From NCBI GenBank assembly GCA_965228475.1, contig OZ245817.1, forward strand, positions 672,001 to 736,000: a stretch of 64,000 nt of DNA, written 5' to 3'. The stretch is from Myxococcota bacterium. Lineage in GTDB: Bacteria; Myxococcota_A; UBA9160; JAFDDA01. The translations under genes and the position numbers were made by a program. The notes under the pieces are model-generated. The model saw nothing but the letters and a program-made list of their open reading frames with translations. It did no database searches and was not told the origin of the DNA. Shown in pieces: positions 50,898-61,400 of the stretch; within the stretch, counting starts at the first letter, position 1; every line of letters starts with the position of its first letter.

Positions 50898-51239
50898 CTA
50901 GACCCAGCAGTCGATCCAGTCGAGCGCCATGTGGATCACCAGACCCAATCCGAAGAGGTGCACCCGGAGCCCCCACGGTTTCCATCCGTCGCCCTCGGAG
51001 CGCCGTCCGAGCCAGAGCGGCAGCAAGCAGGCAGCGGCATAGAGCGCGATCGGCACGGCCGTGTGCAGCGGATGGAAGCCGATCGAGCAGCGCTCGGGGT
51101 CGTAGATCGGGTCCGCGACCACGTGATCGAGATCGACCCCCATGGTCGCGACGAGGATCCCGAACGCCAGGTGCCAGCGGTCGCGATGGAAGACGAGGGC
51201 CACGGCCAGCGGGACGAGGAAGTGGAGCGCGAGGTGCAT
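50898..51239 (-). CDS. Small membrane protein (DUF6122-like)
   Basis: HFLVP, TMGVDLDH, PIYDPERCSIGFHPLH, HMALD. Confidence 0.75.
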   Translation of the reverse strand: MHLALHFLVPLAVALVFHRDRWHLAFGILVATMGVDLDHVVADPIYDPERCSIGFHPLHTAVPIALYAAACLLPLWLGRRSEGDGWKPWGLRVHLFGLGLVIHMALDWIDCWV

Positions 51240-51260
51240 GGCGGCGCGGCCGGGGCCGCC

Positions 51261-52118
51261 TCAGTCCCGGTCTTCGTCCATGAAGGCGGCGAAGCGGTCC
51301 GCCCAGTCCGGGTGCCAGCGCGAAAGGGCGGGTCGGTTTTCCGTGAGGTCGCCGGCCGCCCACTCGATGCGGCGCCGGTCCATCTCCTCGGTGACCTCGT
51401 TGTCGGGACAGATCAGGTAGAAGTGGCCGCGGTCGAGCCCGGCGAGCAGGAAGTCCGCGACCTCCTCCGGGAGCCACGCGCTCGGCGGCTTCTCCTTCAG
51501 GAAGCGGCGCACCATCCCCGTGTACGTGAAGCCCGGGACGAGCAGGTGCGCCGTCACCTGGCAGCCTTCGGTGGCGCGCAGCTGGTGCGCGAGGCTCTCG
51601 GTCAGGCTCTTGATGCCCGCCTTCGAGACGTTGTACGCCGCGTCGCCCGGCGGGTTGGTGATGCCCTGCTTCGAGCCCGTGTTCACGATCGCGCAGGGCG
51701 TGCCCTGATCGATCATGGCTTGGGTGAAGGCCTGGAGGCCGTGGACCACCCCGAAGAGGTTCACCCCGATCACGCGGGTCCATCCTTCGGGGTTCTGCCA
51801 GGGGCCGCCGCCGCCGCCCGTCCCGGCGTTGTTCATGAGCACGGCCACTTCGCCGAAGCGCTCGAGGACGGCGTCGCGGAGCGCTTCGACGGACTCGAGG
51901 CGTGCGACGTTCGTCGCGGCGGTCAGCACGGCGTCCGCGCCGCCCGGGGCGGCCCGGGTGACGGCCTCGGCCGCGGCGGCGAGCGCTTCTTCGTCGAGGT
52001 CGGCGAGGCACACGTTCATGCCGCGCGCCGCGAGCTTCTCGGCGACGGAGAGGCCGATCCCGCTCGCACCCCCCGTGATGACGGCGGTGCGGCCGGAGGC
52101 CAGGGCCGGATGGGACAT
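51261..52118 (-). CDS. SDR family oxidoreductase
   Basis: TGGASGIG, NNAG, NTGSKQG, YNVSK. Confidence 0.93.
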   Translation of the reverse strand: MSHPALASGRTAVITGGASGIGLSVAEKLAARGMNVCLADLDEEALAAAAEAVTRAAPGGADAVLTAATNVARLESVEALRDAVLERFGEVAVLMNNAGTGGGGGPWQNPEGWTRVIGVNLFGVVHGLQAFTQAMIDQGTPCAIVNTGSKQGITNPPGDAAYNVSKAGIKSLTESLAHQLRATEGCQVTAHLLVPGFTYTGMVRRFLKEKPPSAWLPEEVADFLLAGLDRGHFYLICPDNEVTEEMDRRRIEWAAGDLTENRPALSRWHPDWADRFAAFMDEDRD

Positions 52119-52129
52119 GTGGGCTCGCT

Positions 52130-52339
52130 CTAGTGGCAGTGGTAGTGGCCGAGCGCGCTGTGGCACCCGAACTCGTCGATGCCGCCGTGGTGGGACGGGG
52201 CGCCTTCCGTCACGCCGCCCTCGTGGCTGTGGCCGGGGTGGAACTCCACGGGTTCCGTCGTCGCGGTGCGGTTCAAGCCGGCGTAGGCCAGGGTCCCCAC
52301 GGCGAAGAGGGCCGCGGCGGTCAGGATGCGAAGCTTCAT
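52130..52339 (-). CDS. Small secreted YHYH-like His-rich protein
   Basis: Signal peptide; HHGGIDEFGCH...GHYHCH; AAGGAG SD. Confidence 0.75.
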   Translation of the reverse strand: MKLRILTAAALFAVGTLAYAGLNRTATTEPVEFHPGHSHEGGVTEGAPSHHGGIDEFGCHSALGHYHCH

Positions 52340-52427
52340 GGGACGACTCCTTCCGGCGCGGGCCGGCGCGGCTCGCGACCGCCCGAGTGTACCGCTTCGC
52401 CCGCCGAAGTCGCGGACGTCCGCGGCC

Positions 52428-52898
52428 TCAGTCGGTTCCGGTCTCCGGCAGCAGGGAATCGACGAGCGAGGCGAAATCCTCTCGAAACCAGCGCCGGTTC
52501 ATTCCCCACCAGACCGCGACGCCGGGCGGGGTCACGCTCAGGCGGATCGCCTCGCGCTGGGCCTTGAAGCTCTCTTCGTCGAGCATGCCCTTGCAGTACT
52601 GGTAGTAGTAGTTCTCGTAGCCCTTGAAGTTGCTCCGCATCCAGGCGTCGAACTGGAAGCGGACGGAGCCCTCGAGGCGCGACGGGTCGATCATGCCCTC
52701 GACGAAGCGCTCGGCCAGGACGTCGTCCCGGGCCAGGGTCATCAGGCGTCCGACGGAGGCGTCGGAGATGGTCTGGAACGTGTTGGCCTCGAGCGAGCGC
52801 GTGTTCTGGCGGATCTGCATCGCCAGGTAGATGAGCGACGCGATCACGCCGATGGCTCCGACGAGCTCGGCGATCGCACCGACGGCTTCCCAGTTCAT
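52428..52898 (-). CDS. Hypothetical membrane-anchored protein
   Basis: MNWEAVGAIAELVGAIGVIASLIYLAMQIRQN N-terminal TM pattern; GGAGAG SD. Confidence 0.75.
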   Translation of the reverse strand: MNWEAVGAIAELVGAIGVIASLIYLAMQIRQNTRSLEANTFQTISDASVGRLMTLARDDVLAERFVEGMIDPSRLEGSVRFQFDAWMRSNFKGYENYYYQYCKGMLDEESFKAQREAIRLSVTPPGVAVWWGMNRRWFREDFASLVDSLLPETGTD

Positions 52899-52926
52899 GG
52901 CGCTCTCCCCTGCAAGGCGTTTCCTT

Positions 52927-53715
52927 TCATCGCGGCGCGCCGAGATCGAGGACGGGCGCGCCCTGCCCGATGGCCCGGGCGCCCGCGATGGCCGAAGCCA
53001 CGAAGGCCTGGGCGCGGGCGGTCGCCTCGGGGACGCTCTTCCCGGCCGCCAGGCCCGCCGCGATCGCCGCCGAGAGTGCGCAGCCGGTTCCGTGGGGGCT
53101 CGGGCCGTCGATCCGCGGGGATTCGTGCCAGATCGTCCGGACCTCGCCGCGCAGGGCGAGCAGGTCCCGCGGTGCCCCGTCGCGGTGGCCGCCTTTGACG
53201 AGGACCGCCTGCGCCCCGGCCTGCTCGAGGAACCAGGCTGCGGCCCGCTCCGCCCCGGCGTCGCTGCTCGTGTCTTCGCCCGAGAGTTCCATCGCCTCCG
53301 GGCGGTTCGGCGTGACCAGGGCCGCCATGGGAAAGAGCCCGACGAGCGTCGGCCGGGCACGCCGCTCGAGAAGCTCCGCGCCGTTGCTGGCCGCGAGGAT
53401 CGGGTCGATCACGATGGGGATCGATGCGTCGACCCCCGAGAGCGCGAGCGCCACGTTCCGGGCGACGTCGTCGCTCGCGAGCATGCCGAGCTTGATCGCC
53501 GCCGGGCGGACGTCCGCGAAGAGCGCGCGGAGCTGGTCGAGGACGACGCTCGGGAAGGTCGGCAGGACCTGCTTCACCCCGGTCGTGTCCTGGATGGTGA
53601 GCGCGGTCGGCACCGCGGCGCCGTGGAGCCCGTGGACGCGGAAGACCTGCACGTCCATCTGGAGACCGGCGCCGCCCGTCGGGTCCGAGCCAGCGATCGA
53701 GAGGGCGACTTTCAT
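52927..53715 (-). CDS. thiD: Hydroxymethylpyrimidine/phosphomethylpyrimidine kinase
   Basis: SIAGSDPTGGAGLQMD, IKLGML, IDP, TPNRPE, KGGH, HGTGC. Confidence 0.92.
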   Translation of the reverse strand: MKVALSIAGSDPTGGAGLQMDVQVFRVHGLHGAAVPTALTIQDTTGVKQVLPTFPSVVLDQLRALFADVRPAAIKLGMLASDDVARNVALALSGVDASIPIVIDPILAASNGAELLERRARPTLVGLFPMAALVTPNRPEAMELSGEDTSSDAGAERAAAWFLEQAGAQAVLVKGGHRDGAPRDLLALRGEVRTIWHESPRIDGPSPHGTGCALSAAIAAGLAAGKSVPEATARAQAFVASAIAGARAIGQGAPVLDLGAPR

Positions 53716-53788
53716 CCGCCGAAGGGTACACGGGTGCGGCCCGCCCGCTCGGGTCCCCGCGGATCGGGGGACTGGTAAGCTCCCCGCC

Positions 53789-55021
53789 ATGCGCTCGCGC
53801 GCGCCGCTCGTTCCGGCGCTCTTCGGTCTCCTGCTCGCCTTCGCCCCCCTCGAGGTTCCCGCCGGCGAGGCCCCTCTCGAGGTTCCGGGCGAGCCGCCCT
53901 CGACCGTGGTCCTGATCTCCATGGACGGCGTCCGGCCCGCCGACCTGGAAGCCCAGGAGCTGCCCGCCCTCGGCCGCATGGCGCGCGAGGGCGCTCGCGC
54001 CGCGCGCATGGTGCCAGTTTTCCCGACCAACACGTTTCCGAACCACGTGACGCTCGTGACGGGCGTCTCGCCCGAGCGCCACGGCATCGTGAACAACACC
54101 TTCCTCGACCCGGAGCGCGGCGAGTTCTCCTACGGGAACGACCCGGCCTGGCTCGAAGCGGAGCCGCTCTGGGCGATCGCCGGCCGCCACGGTCTCGTCT
54201 CCGCGGCCTACTACTGGATCGGCTCCCAGGGGAAATGGAAGAACGGCCACGGCCCGCGCTACTGGAAGGCCTTCAACAGCCGCACCGGCGAGCCCGAGAA
54301 GGTCGATCAGATCCTCGCCTGGCTGGCCCTGCCGGAGGGCGAACGCCCGCAGCTCGTGACGGCCTGGTTCCACGGTGCCGACTACGCGGGGCATCGCCAC
54401 GGCCCGGGTTCCCGCCAGGTCCTCGAGGCGATGCGGGAGCAGGACGCCGCCCTCGGGCGGCTGCTGGCCGGGCTCGATGCCCGGAAGGCCTGGCGGCACA
54501 CGACCCTGATCGTCGTCTCGGACCACGGCATGCACGCGATCGAGGAGTCGATCCACCTCCAGGGCCTGCTCGACGACGCCGGCATCGCCGGCCGCGTCCG
54601 CGGGGGCGGCGGGTTCGTGACGGTCACCCTCGAGGATGCGGCGGATCTCCCGCGCGCCCTCGAGACGGCGCGCGGCGCGGGCCTCGAGGCCTGGGCGCGG
54701 GGGCAGGGGCCCGAGGGGCTCGCCACCGCCCACCCGAGGTTCGGGGACTTCGTCGCCCTCGCGCCGCCCGGCACGGCGATCCGGCGCTCGGGCGTGGTGA
54801 ACCGGATCCGCGCGGCCTTCACCGGCGGAGGCCACGGCTATCGGCCGAGCGAACCGTCCATGGCCTCGATCTTCCTGGCGCTCGGCCGCAGGGCCGCGCC
54901 CGGACATTCCGTGAACTTCGTGCATGCCCGCGACGTCGCACCTACCGTACTGTCCCTGCTCGGGGTGCCCGTGCCGGAAACGATGGAGGGGAGCCCGATT
55001 CCCCTCGCACCCGTCCCATGA
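53789..55021 (+). CDS. Ectonucleotide pyrophosphatase/phosphodiesterase (alkaline phosphatase superfamily)
   Basis: ISMDG, FPTNTFPNH, HGIVNN, D..GH.HGP, SDHGM, GGHGY, DVAPTV. Confidence 0.92.
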   Translation: MRSRAPLVPALFGLLLAFAPLEVPAGEAPLEVPGEPPSTVVLISMDGVRPADLEAQELPALGRMAREGARAARMVPVFPTNTFPNHVTLVTGVSPERHGIVNNTFLDPERGEFSYGNDPAWLEAEPLWAIAGRHGLVSAAYYWIGSQGKWKNGHGPRYWKAFNSRTGEPEKVDQILAWLALPEGERPQLVTAWFHGADYAGHRHGPGSRQVLEAMREQDAALGRLLAGLDARKAWRHTTLIVVSDHGMHAIEESIHLQGLLDDAGIAGRVRGGGGFVTVTLEDAADLPRALETARGAGLEAWARGQGPEGLATAHPRFGDFVALAPPGTAIRRSGVVNRIRAAFTGGGHGYRPSEPSMASIFLALGRRAAPGHSVNFVHARDVAPTVLSLLGVPVPETMEGSPIPLAPVP

Positions 55022-55029
55022 GGAAACGA

Positions 55030-55704
55030 ATGCCCGCCCGCCCGATCCTGCTGATGTGGCTCCTCACCCTTCTGTTGCCGCTCCCGGCCCATGCCGAGGA
55101 GGAGACCTGGCACGCGGAGACGCTCTCGAGCAGCCCGCGCGGCGTCCACGTCACGCAGTATTGGGCGAAGAAGAACGACCGCCTGCGCGCGGAGACCGTG
55201 ATCGCCGGCCACCGGCTCGTGACGATCATCAACGGCGACACCTACTACGCGATCGACGCGAACGAGGGCATCGCGATCGCGGTGAAGCGCAACGCCCGCG
55301 CGCGCAAGAACGACAAGAAGTTCCCCCGGCTGGTCGGCACCGAAGGGTTCGTCATCCGGGAGCGCGGCGGCGAGAAGGTGAAGACCGAGCGGCTGGCTGG
55401 CCAGAAGTGCGACGTGTGGCGGCTGACGGACCAGCGCGGCCGCCGCGCGGTCTGGGTCCAGCAGAGCGGCAAGGAAGAAATGCTGCCCCTGCGCGTCGAG
55501 GTCTACAACCGCCAGGCGGCGACGGAGATCCGCACCGACTACACCCAGTGGGCGAGCGGTCTCGAACTCCCCGACCGGCTGTTCGAGCCGGACCCGCGCT
55601 TCGACGTCAAGGAACTCAGCTACGAGGAATACGTGAAGCAGGCCGGCGAGGGCGCGCGCTTCCCGCCCGTCCTCCACGCGAACCTGCTCCACGGCGAGCG
55701 CTAG
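55030..55704 (+). CDS. Secreted hypothetical protein (LolA-like/DUF4412-like fold possible)
   Basis: Signal peptide AHA|EE; G.KCDVW, VWV, PLRVE, LPDRLFEP. Confidence 0.65.
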   Translation: MPARPILLMWLLTLLLPLPAHAEEETWHAETLSSSPRGVHVTQYWAKKNDRLRAETVIAGHRLVTIINGDTYYAIDANEGIAIAVKRNARARKNDKKFPRLVGTEGFVIRERGGEKVKTERLAGQKCDVWRLTDQRGRRAVWVQQSGKEEMLPLRVEVYNRQAATEIRTDYTQWASGLELPDRLFEPDPRFDVKELSYEEYVKQAGEGARFPPVLHANLLHGER

Positions 55705-56261
55705 GACTCGGGGAAGAGCTTCGCGACGTCGAGGATCGGGCGCGTCGAGCGCCGCGCGCGCGCCAGGAGCAGCGCCCCCTCCATGGCCGAGAGCACGAGC
55801 CCGGCCCGCGTCCGGGCCTCGCGCCGCGCGACGCCGGCGCCTTCGAACACGCCCGCGATGACCTCCGCCCAGCCGTCGAGCGCGGCTTCCCCGGCCGCCG
55901 TGATGCCCGGGGAGCCCGGCGCGGTCTCGAGCAGGGTCGTGGCGATCGGACAGCCCGAGCGGAACTGCGACTCCTCCATCCAGCCGGCCATCGTCCGCGC
56001 GTAGGCGCGCAGGAAGGCCTGCGGGTCGCGGTGGCGGGTGGCGAGCTCCGTGAGCTTCTCGGTGAGCAGGCGGCCCGCGAGTTCGACGGCCGCCTCGCCG
56101 AGGCCCTCCTTGCCCGCCGGGAAGTAGTGGTAGAGCGAGCCCTTGGGGGCGCCGCTCTCCTCGACGATCTGCGCGAGGCCCGTCGAGGCGTAGCCCTGGC
56201 GGCGGAAGAGGCGCATGGCGGTCCGGACGAGGTTCGCCTTGTGCTGGCTGGCTTTGGGCAC
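55701..56261 (-). CDS. TetR family regulator (LmrA/YxaF-like)
   Basis: LFRRQGY..TG, SGAPKGSLYHYFP.GKE, GCPIA, EGALLLAR. Confidence 0.92.
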   Translation of the reverse strand: MPKASQHKANLVRTAMRLFRRQGYASTGLAQIVEESGAPKGSLYHYFPAGKEGLGEAAVELAGRLLTEKLTELATRHRDPQAFLRAYARTMAGWMEESQFRSGCPIATTLLETAPGSPGITAAGEAALDGWAEVIAGVFEGAGVARREARTRAGLVLSAMEGALLLARARRSTRPILDVAKLFPES

Positions 56262-56268
56262 CGATCAG

Positions 56269-56286
56269 ATTATAATGACTGGTCGA
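56269..56286. promoter_or_regulatory. Overlapping divergent -10 boxes and putative TetR operator
   Basis: ATTATAATGACTGGTCGA: TATAAT readable on both strands, next to a near-palindromic GACTGGTC. Confidence 0.55.
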
Positions 56287-56312
56287 CATAGTTCAAGCGC
56301 CCGGAGGACCCC

Positions 56313-57011
56313 ATGTCCACACCCGCCACGATCGAGATCCGCGAAGGCATCGGCCGCGTCCGCATGGACGACGGCAAGGTGAACGCCATCAGTCACGCCA
56401 TGCTCGAGGCCCTCGGGGCCGCCTTCGACCGGGCCGAGGCCGAGGGGGTCACGGCCGTGGTGATCGAAGGCCGCGACGAACTGTTCTCCGCGGGCTTCGA
56501 TCTCAAGACCTTCGCCAAGGGCGGGACGGCCGGGCCCGAGCTCGTCTTCGCCGGGGCACGATTCTACGAGCGCATGCTCCGCTTCCCGCGCCCGATCGTC
56601 ACCGTCTGCCGCGGCTACGCGTACCCGGCGGGGGCGTTCCTGCTGCTCGCCGCCGACGTCCGCTTCGCCGCGGCCGGCGCCTCGCCGATCGGGATGAACG
56701 AGGTCGCGATCGGTCTGACCGTCCCGCGCTTCGCGATCGAGCTCGCCCGCCACCGGCTGACCCCGGCCGGCTTCGCGGCCATCAGCACGGCCACCCTGTT
56801 CGGAACCGAAGAGGCCGCGAGGGCCGGCTACGTCGACCACGTCGTCGCACCCGAGGCGCTCGGCGCGGCGGTCGAGGCGGAGGTCGAGCGGCTGCGCGGG
56901 CTCGACGCGAACGCGTACGCGGGGACGAAGGCGCGGCTCAACGGCGAGGCGCTCGCGCGGATCGGCGCGGCGATCGACCAGGAGGCGAAGGAGGTGGGGA
57001 TCGAGGTCTAG
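56313..57011 (+). CDS. Crotonase/enoyl-CoA hydratase family protein
   Basis: MDDGKVNA, FSAGFDL, GAFLLLAAD, IGMNEVAIG; GGAGG SD. Confidence 0.92.
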   Translation: MSTPATIEIREGIGRVRMDDGKVNAISHAMLEALGAAFDRAEAEGVTAVVIEGRDELFSAGFDLKTFAKGGTAGPELVFAGARFYERMLRFPRPIVTVCRGYAYPAGAFLLLAADVRFAAAGASPIGMNEVAIGLTVPRFAIELARHRLTPAGFAAISTATLFGTEEAARAGYVDHVVAPEALGAAVEAEVERLRGLDANAYAGTKARLNGEALARIGAAIDQEAKEVGIEV

Positions 57012-57152
57012 CGGGTCGTTCCGGGAGGCGTCGCCCACCCGGACGGGCCTGATTGAGAGTTCCCTGAGGGTTCGGGGCGTGCCGCGGTCCGCAGGTCCCC
57101 TGCCGGGGCGGAAACCGCCCACGCCGATCCTCGCCGGCCGTAGCTTCGGGCC

Positions 57153-57257
57153 ATGGAACCGTTGGACCTGAAGCTCTGGGCCACCCTGCTCGTCGCCGTT
57201 GCCGTGGCCCTCGTTCGTGCCGCGCTGCCCGCTAGGAAGGGTCGGCGACCCAGGTGA
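57153..57257 (+). CDS. Putative 34-aa single-TM small protein
   Basis: MEPLDLKLWATLLVAVAVALVRAALPARKGRRPR; preceded by TAGCTT-N6-ATG; 3' end overlaps the mrp 3' end. Confidence 0.35.
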   Translation: MEPLDLKLWATLLVAVAVALVRAALPARKGRRPR

Positions 57258-58335
57258 TGTTGGCGTCGGCGATGGGCGGCGACTGTGCCTCCATCACGGC
57301 GAGCTTGCGCACCACCGACCCGGCGACGTCGCGGATGCGTTCGGCGACGTCGCAGTCCGGCGAGAACTCGAGGATGGGTTTCCCGACGTCGCCGCCCTCG
57401 ACCACGCGCGGGTCGATCGGCAGCTCGCCGAGGAAGTCGACACCGATCTCCTCGGCGGTCCGCTGGCCGCCGCCCTGGCCGAAGATGTAGTAGCGCTTGT
57501 CCGGCAGCTCGGGCGGCGTGAAGTAGGACATGTTCTCGACGATGCCGAGCACCGGCACGTTCACCTTCTCGAACATGGCGAGGCCCTTGCGCGCGTCGAT
57601 CAGCGAGAGGTCGTTCGCCGTCGTCACGATCACCGCGCCCGAGAGCGGCGCCATCTGGGTGAGCGTGAGCGCGGCGTCGCCGGTGCCGGGCGGCAGGTCG
57701 ATCACGAGGTAGTCGAGCTCGCCCCACTCGACGTCGCGCAGGAACTGGGTGATGAGCCCGTGCACCATCGGGCCGCGCCAGATCACGGGCGACTGGTCGT
57801 TCACGAAGAAGCCCATGCTCATGAGCTTCAGACCGTACTTTTCGTGGGGGACGATGCGCTTCTCGGTCGCCTCGGGCCGGCCGCTCACGCCCGTGAGCAG
57901 CGGGAGCGAGGGTCCGTAGACGTCCGCATCGAGCAGGCCGACCTTGGCGCCCATCTGATGCAGGGCCAGCGCGAGGTTGGTCGAGACCGTGCTCTTGCCG
58001 ACGCCGCCCTTGCCGGAGGCGACGGCGATGGTGTTCTTCACGCCGGGGAGCAGGTCGCCCTTCGGCCCTTCGATCGGCCGCCGGCCGCGCTGCTGGGCGG
58101 TTATGTTGACGTCGACCTCGTCGACGCCGTCGAGCTGGCCCACGCGCTCGCGCGCCGCCTTCTCGAATTCGGCCTTCACCGGGCAGGCCGGCGTGGTGAG
58201 CTCGATGTCGAAGGCGACGCGGCCGCCCTGGATCGACACGTTCTTCACGAAGCCGAGCTCGACGATGCTCTTGCCGAAGTCGGGGTCGACGATGGGGCGC
58301 AGGGCGTCGAGAACCTGCGGCTCGGTCACGGGCAT
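57232..58335 (-). CDS. mrp: Mrp/NBP35 Fe-S cluster carrier ATPase
   Basis: N-terminal FeS_assembly_P domain (TTPACPVK), ASGKGGVGKST, DADVYGPS, WRGPM, DLPPGTGD, VENMS. Confidence 0.95.
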   Translation of the reverse strand: MPVTEPQVLDALRPIVDPDFGKSIVELGFVKNVSIQGGRVAFDIELTTPACPVKAEFEKAARERVGQLDGVDEVDVNITAQQRGRRPIEGPKGDLLPGVKNTIAVASGKGGVGKSTVSTNLALALHQMGAKVGLLDADVYGPSLPLLTGVSGRPEATEKRIVPHEKYGLKLMSMGFFVNDQSPVIWRGPMVHGLITQFLRDVEWGELDYLVIDLPPGTGDAALTLTQMAPLSGAVIVTTANDLSLIDARKGLAMFEKVNVPVLGIVENMSYFTPPELPDKRYYIFGQGGGQRTAEEIGVDFLGELPIDPRVVEGGDVGKPILEFSPDCDVAERIRDVAGSVVRKLAVMEAQSPPIADANITWVADPS

Positions 58336-58436
58336 GGGGCCTCCGAGGGGGGCGCGTTGCGAGACGCGGGGACGCTAGCGCACGGCCCGGCGGGTGGCCT
58401 CGTGGCGCCGTGCCGGCCGCGCGCGCCGGGGCCCGG

Positions 58437-61400
58437 CTACTCGGCGCAGAGCTGCGCCGCCCGGAGCGCGGCGCTCCGCTTGGCGACGTCCTCGAAGTCC
58501 GTGTTCGGCGTCGTGCGCGCGGCCGCGAGCTGGGCCGCGGCGTCGTCCCGGCAGGCCTCGCACGCGGCGTCGCCGCCCGCGCAGGCGACCGCTGCGATCT
58601 CGGCCTCGGCGGTGTCGTCCACGCTCGCGATCAGCCGGTCCCGCAGCGGCGCCATCAGGCCCTCGAGCTCGTAGGGAAGCAGCAGGCTCACGAGGGCGAG
58701 GGCGAGGTCCGTCTGCGGAATGGGCTGCCCGGTGGCGAGCGACCCCGCGATGCGCCCCCGGACCCAGGGCAGGATCTGGCCGCCGAAGGTGTTGGCGAGC
58801 TCCGGGTGGGTCGCCGTCATCGCGTCGAGCTCCGCATCGAGGGAGTCGAGGGTCCAGAGCAGACGCTCCATGGGCGCGCGTGCCGCAGCCAGGGGGGAGA
58901 CGTTCGATTCGTGATTCTGCGTGTTGCGCCGGTCGTGGCCGAAGCCCTGCCAGGGGATGCTCGTGGCGGTGGCCGGAGCCGGCGTGTCCCAGACGAAGAG
59001 GTCGCCCTCCCGGGTCCCGACCACGATCTCGACGAGGCCGTCGCCGTCGACGTCGCCCGCGAGCGGCGAGGTGATGATCCAACCCATCGTGAGCTTCGGC
59101 CAGCCGGCCGGCTGCACGGCGCTTCCGACGGGCACGCCCGCGGCGGCGGCCTCCGAGGCCTCGTCGAGGATCTCGAAGGCGCGCACGAGATAGGTGCCGC
59201 TGCCCTGGACGACCTCGGGCACGCCGTCGCCCGTCACGTCCGCGAGGCCCGGGCTCGCGATGAACTGCATGTCCTCCATCGGCTGCGGGAAGGCGGGGAC
59301 GAGCTCGCCGAGGCTCGCCGGGTCCGCGTTCCAGGCGGCGATCTGGTGGTCGCCGCCGAACTGCTGCCCCGGGACGAGCACGTCGAGGAGCTTGCGGAAG
59401 CCGGCCGTCGGCGCGACCCACTCGGGCAGGCCGTCCTGGTCGATGTCGCCGAAGGCGCCGGAGCCGAGGGTGGGGAAGAAGGGGCCGTCCGCGGAGCCGG
59501 CTTCCGGCGGAACGCCCGGGAAGCCGCCGCCGGCGAAGTCGATGGCGAGGGAGCGCGGCAGGCCGTTGTGATCGCCGAGGATCGGCTCGCCCGCGCCGTT
59601 CACGACGAGCGCCGGCCCGGCGTAGCCGTGCACCACGGCCTCGAGGCTGCCGTTGCCGTCCGTGTCGGCGAGGGCGACGGAGGTCGAGGTGCCGGTCGCC
59701 ACGCTCGGCAGGAGCTGGGAGATCAGCAGCGGGACCGCGACGGGCCAGCCGTCCACCATTTCGCCCGTGGCGTCGACGGCATAGATGCGGCTCGTCACGT
59801 CGAGGTCGAGCTCGTCCTCGAAGCCGAGGGTCGCGAGCAGGCCGAAGAGCGAGGAAGGCGCGCTCCACACCGTCGGGCTGTCGCCGTACTCCTCGGTGGT
59901 GCCGACGATGATCTCGGGCCGTCCGTCCCCGGTGAGGTCGCCCACCGCCGGTGAGCCGATGATCTTGCGCGCGCGCGACTTCGCGTCCGTGCCGGGGAGC
60001 GGCGTGCTGGCGCCGGTGTTCGGGTCGACGCTCACCAGCGACGTGTCGGCGAGCCGCACCGGGAAGCCGGTGACGAGGCTCCCGTCGGCGCGCCAGGCGT
60101 AGAGGTAGCCGTCCATGGCGCCGGCGATGATCTCGAGCGCCGGGTCCACGCCGGCCGGGTCGAGGTCCGCGAGGGTCGGCGCGCTGAACAGGCCGGGGTC
60201 CGCGTCGTTCAAGCGGTTGCGGTTTTCCGGCGCGGAGAAGGCCGGGTTCGTCTGGACGGGGAAGCCCGGGCGCGGGTTGCCCGTCTCGTCCCAGACGTAG
60301 ATGCCGCCCTGGGTTCCGACGGCGACGATCTCGACGCCGCCGTCGCCGTCGAGGTCGTCGGCGGCCACCGCGCCGCCGATGGCTTCGCGAGGCAGGTCGA
60401 CCGCGCCGCTCCCGAATCCGTTCTCGGGGCTCGCTTCGCCCGAGGGCAGGGTGGCCGTGAAGACCGGGAAGCCCGGCAGGTCGTCGCCCGTGGCGCCGTC
60501 GAACACGTGGACGCTGCCCGCGCCCGTCGCGTAGACGATGTCGAGCACGCCGTCGCGGTCGACGTCGGCGAGGGCCGGAGAGCTCTCGCCCGAGGCGCCG
60601 ACGTGGCGCGTCCAGGCCTGGGTCGGGTCGTGGTGGATCGCGACGGCCCGCCGGTCTTCGCCGAGGTTGCCCTCGACGTCGGTGACCTGGAGCCGCAGGG
60701 TGACGGTGTGTTCGTCGGGCTCGCCGACCGGGGTCGCCGGATCGAACGCGCAGGCCTCGGCGATCAGGCCCGGGTCGAAGCTGCCGAGCACGGCGTCTTC
60801 GACGGCCGTCATCGAGAAGCCGCTTCCGATCTCGACGAAGTCCTCGTCGAGCCCCGCGTCCCAGCCGCAGCCGATCTGGAGGCTCCAATCGAAGCCCGTC
60901 GAGCGGACGGCGCGCGCGCTCCCGCGCACCTCGACGCTCGAGCTCGCCTCCGGGTCGACGATCTCGAACCAGCGCAGGCCGCCGGCGAGGTCGGCCTCGG
61001 GCGGGATGCGCACCGTCGTGCCGCCCATGCCGTCCGGCTCGACCAACTCGGCGAGCCGCGCGACGTCCGGGCGCCCGTAGCCCGTGATCGGGTCCCAGCC
61101 CGGCCCGGCCGGGAAGTGGGACGTCCCGAAGTCCATGCCCACCGCGGCGTTGCTCAGCACGAACTGCGCCACGAGGTCGAAGGTCGGCGTGAAGTTCAGG
61201 GCGAAGCCGTCCGGGGTGTGGTCGATGTCCTGGGTCATGAAGCGGAAGATCTGGCGGACCTCCTCCGCCGAGAACGGTGCGGCGTGGTCGCAATCGCCGG
61301 CGTCGTCGCAGTAGGACGAGAGGAGCCCCCGGTCGATCAGGTTCAGGCCGTGGGAGACGATCAGCGCCGCCACGCCGCCCGAGCGGCCCGTCGCTTCGGA

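Noticed and set aside
47729..51283. Very long antisense or alternate-frame ORFs (e.g. 1184 aa here, 959 aa over alaS, 891 aa over the CRTAC1-like gene)
   Set aside because: Expected in high-GC DNA with few stop codons; no motifs, and each lies over a well-supported gene.
53716..53788. TPP riboswitch upstream of thiD
   Set aside because: The intergenic region is 73 bp, lacks the TGAGA/CCCT..AACCTGA core and is occupied by two divergent -10 elements.
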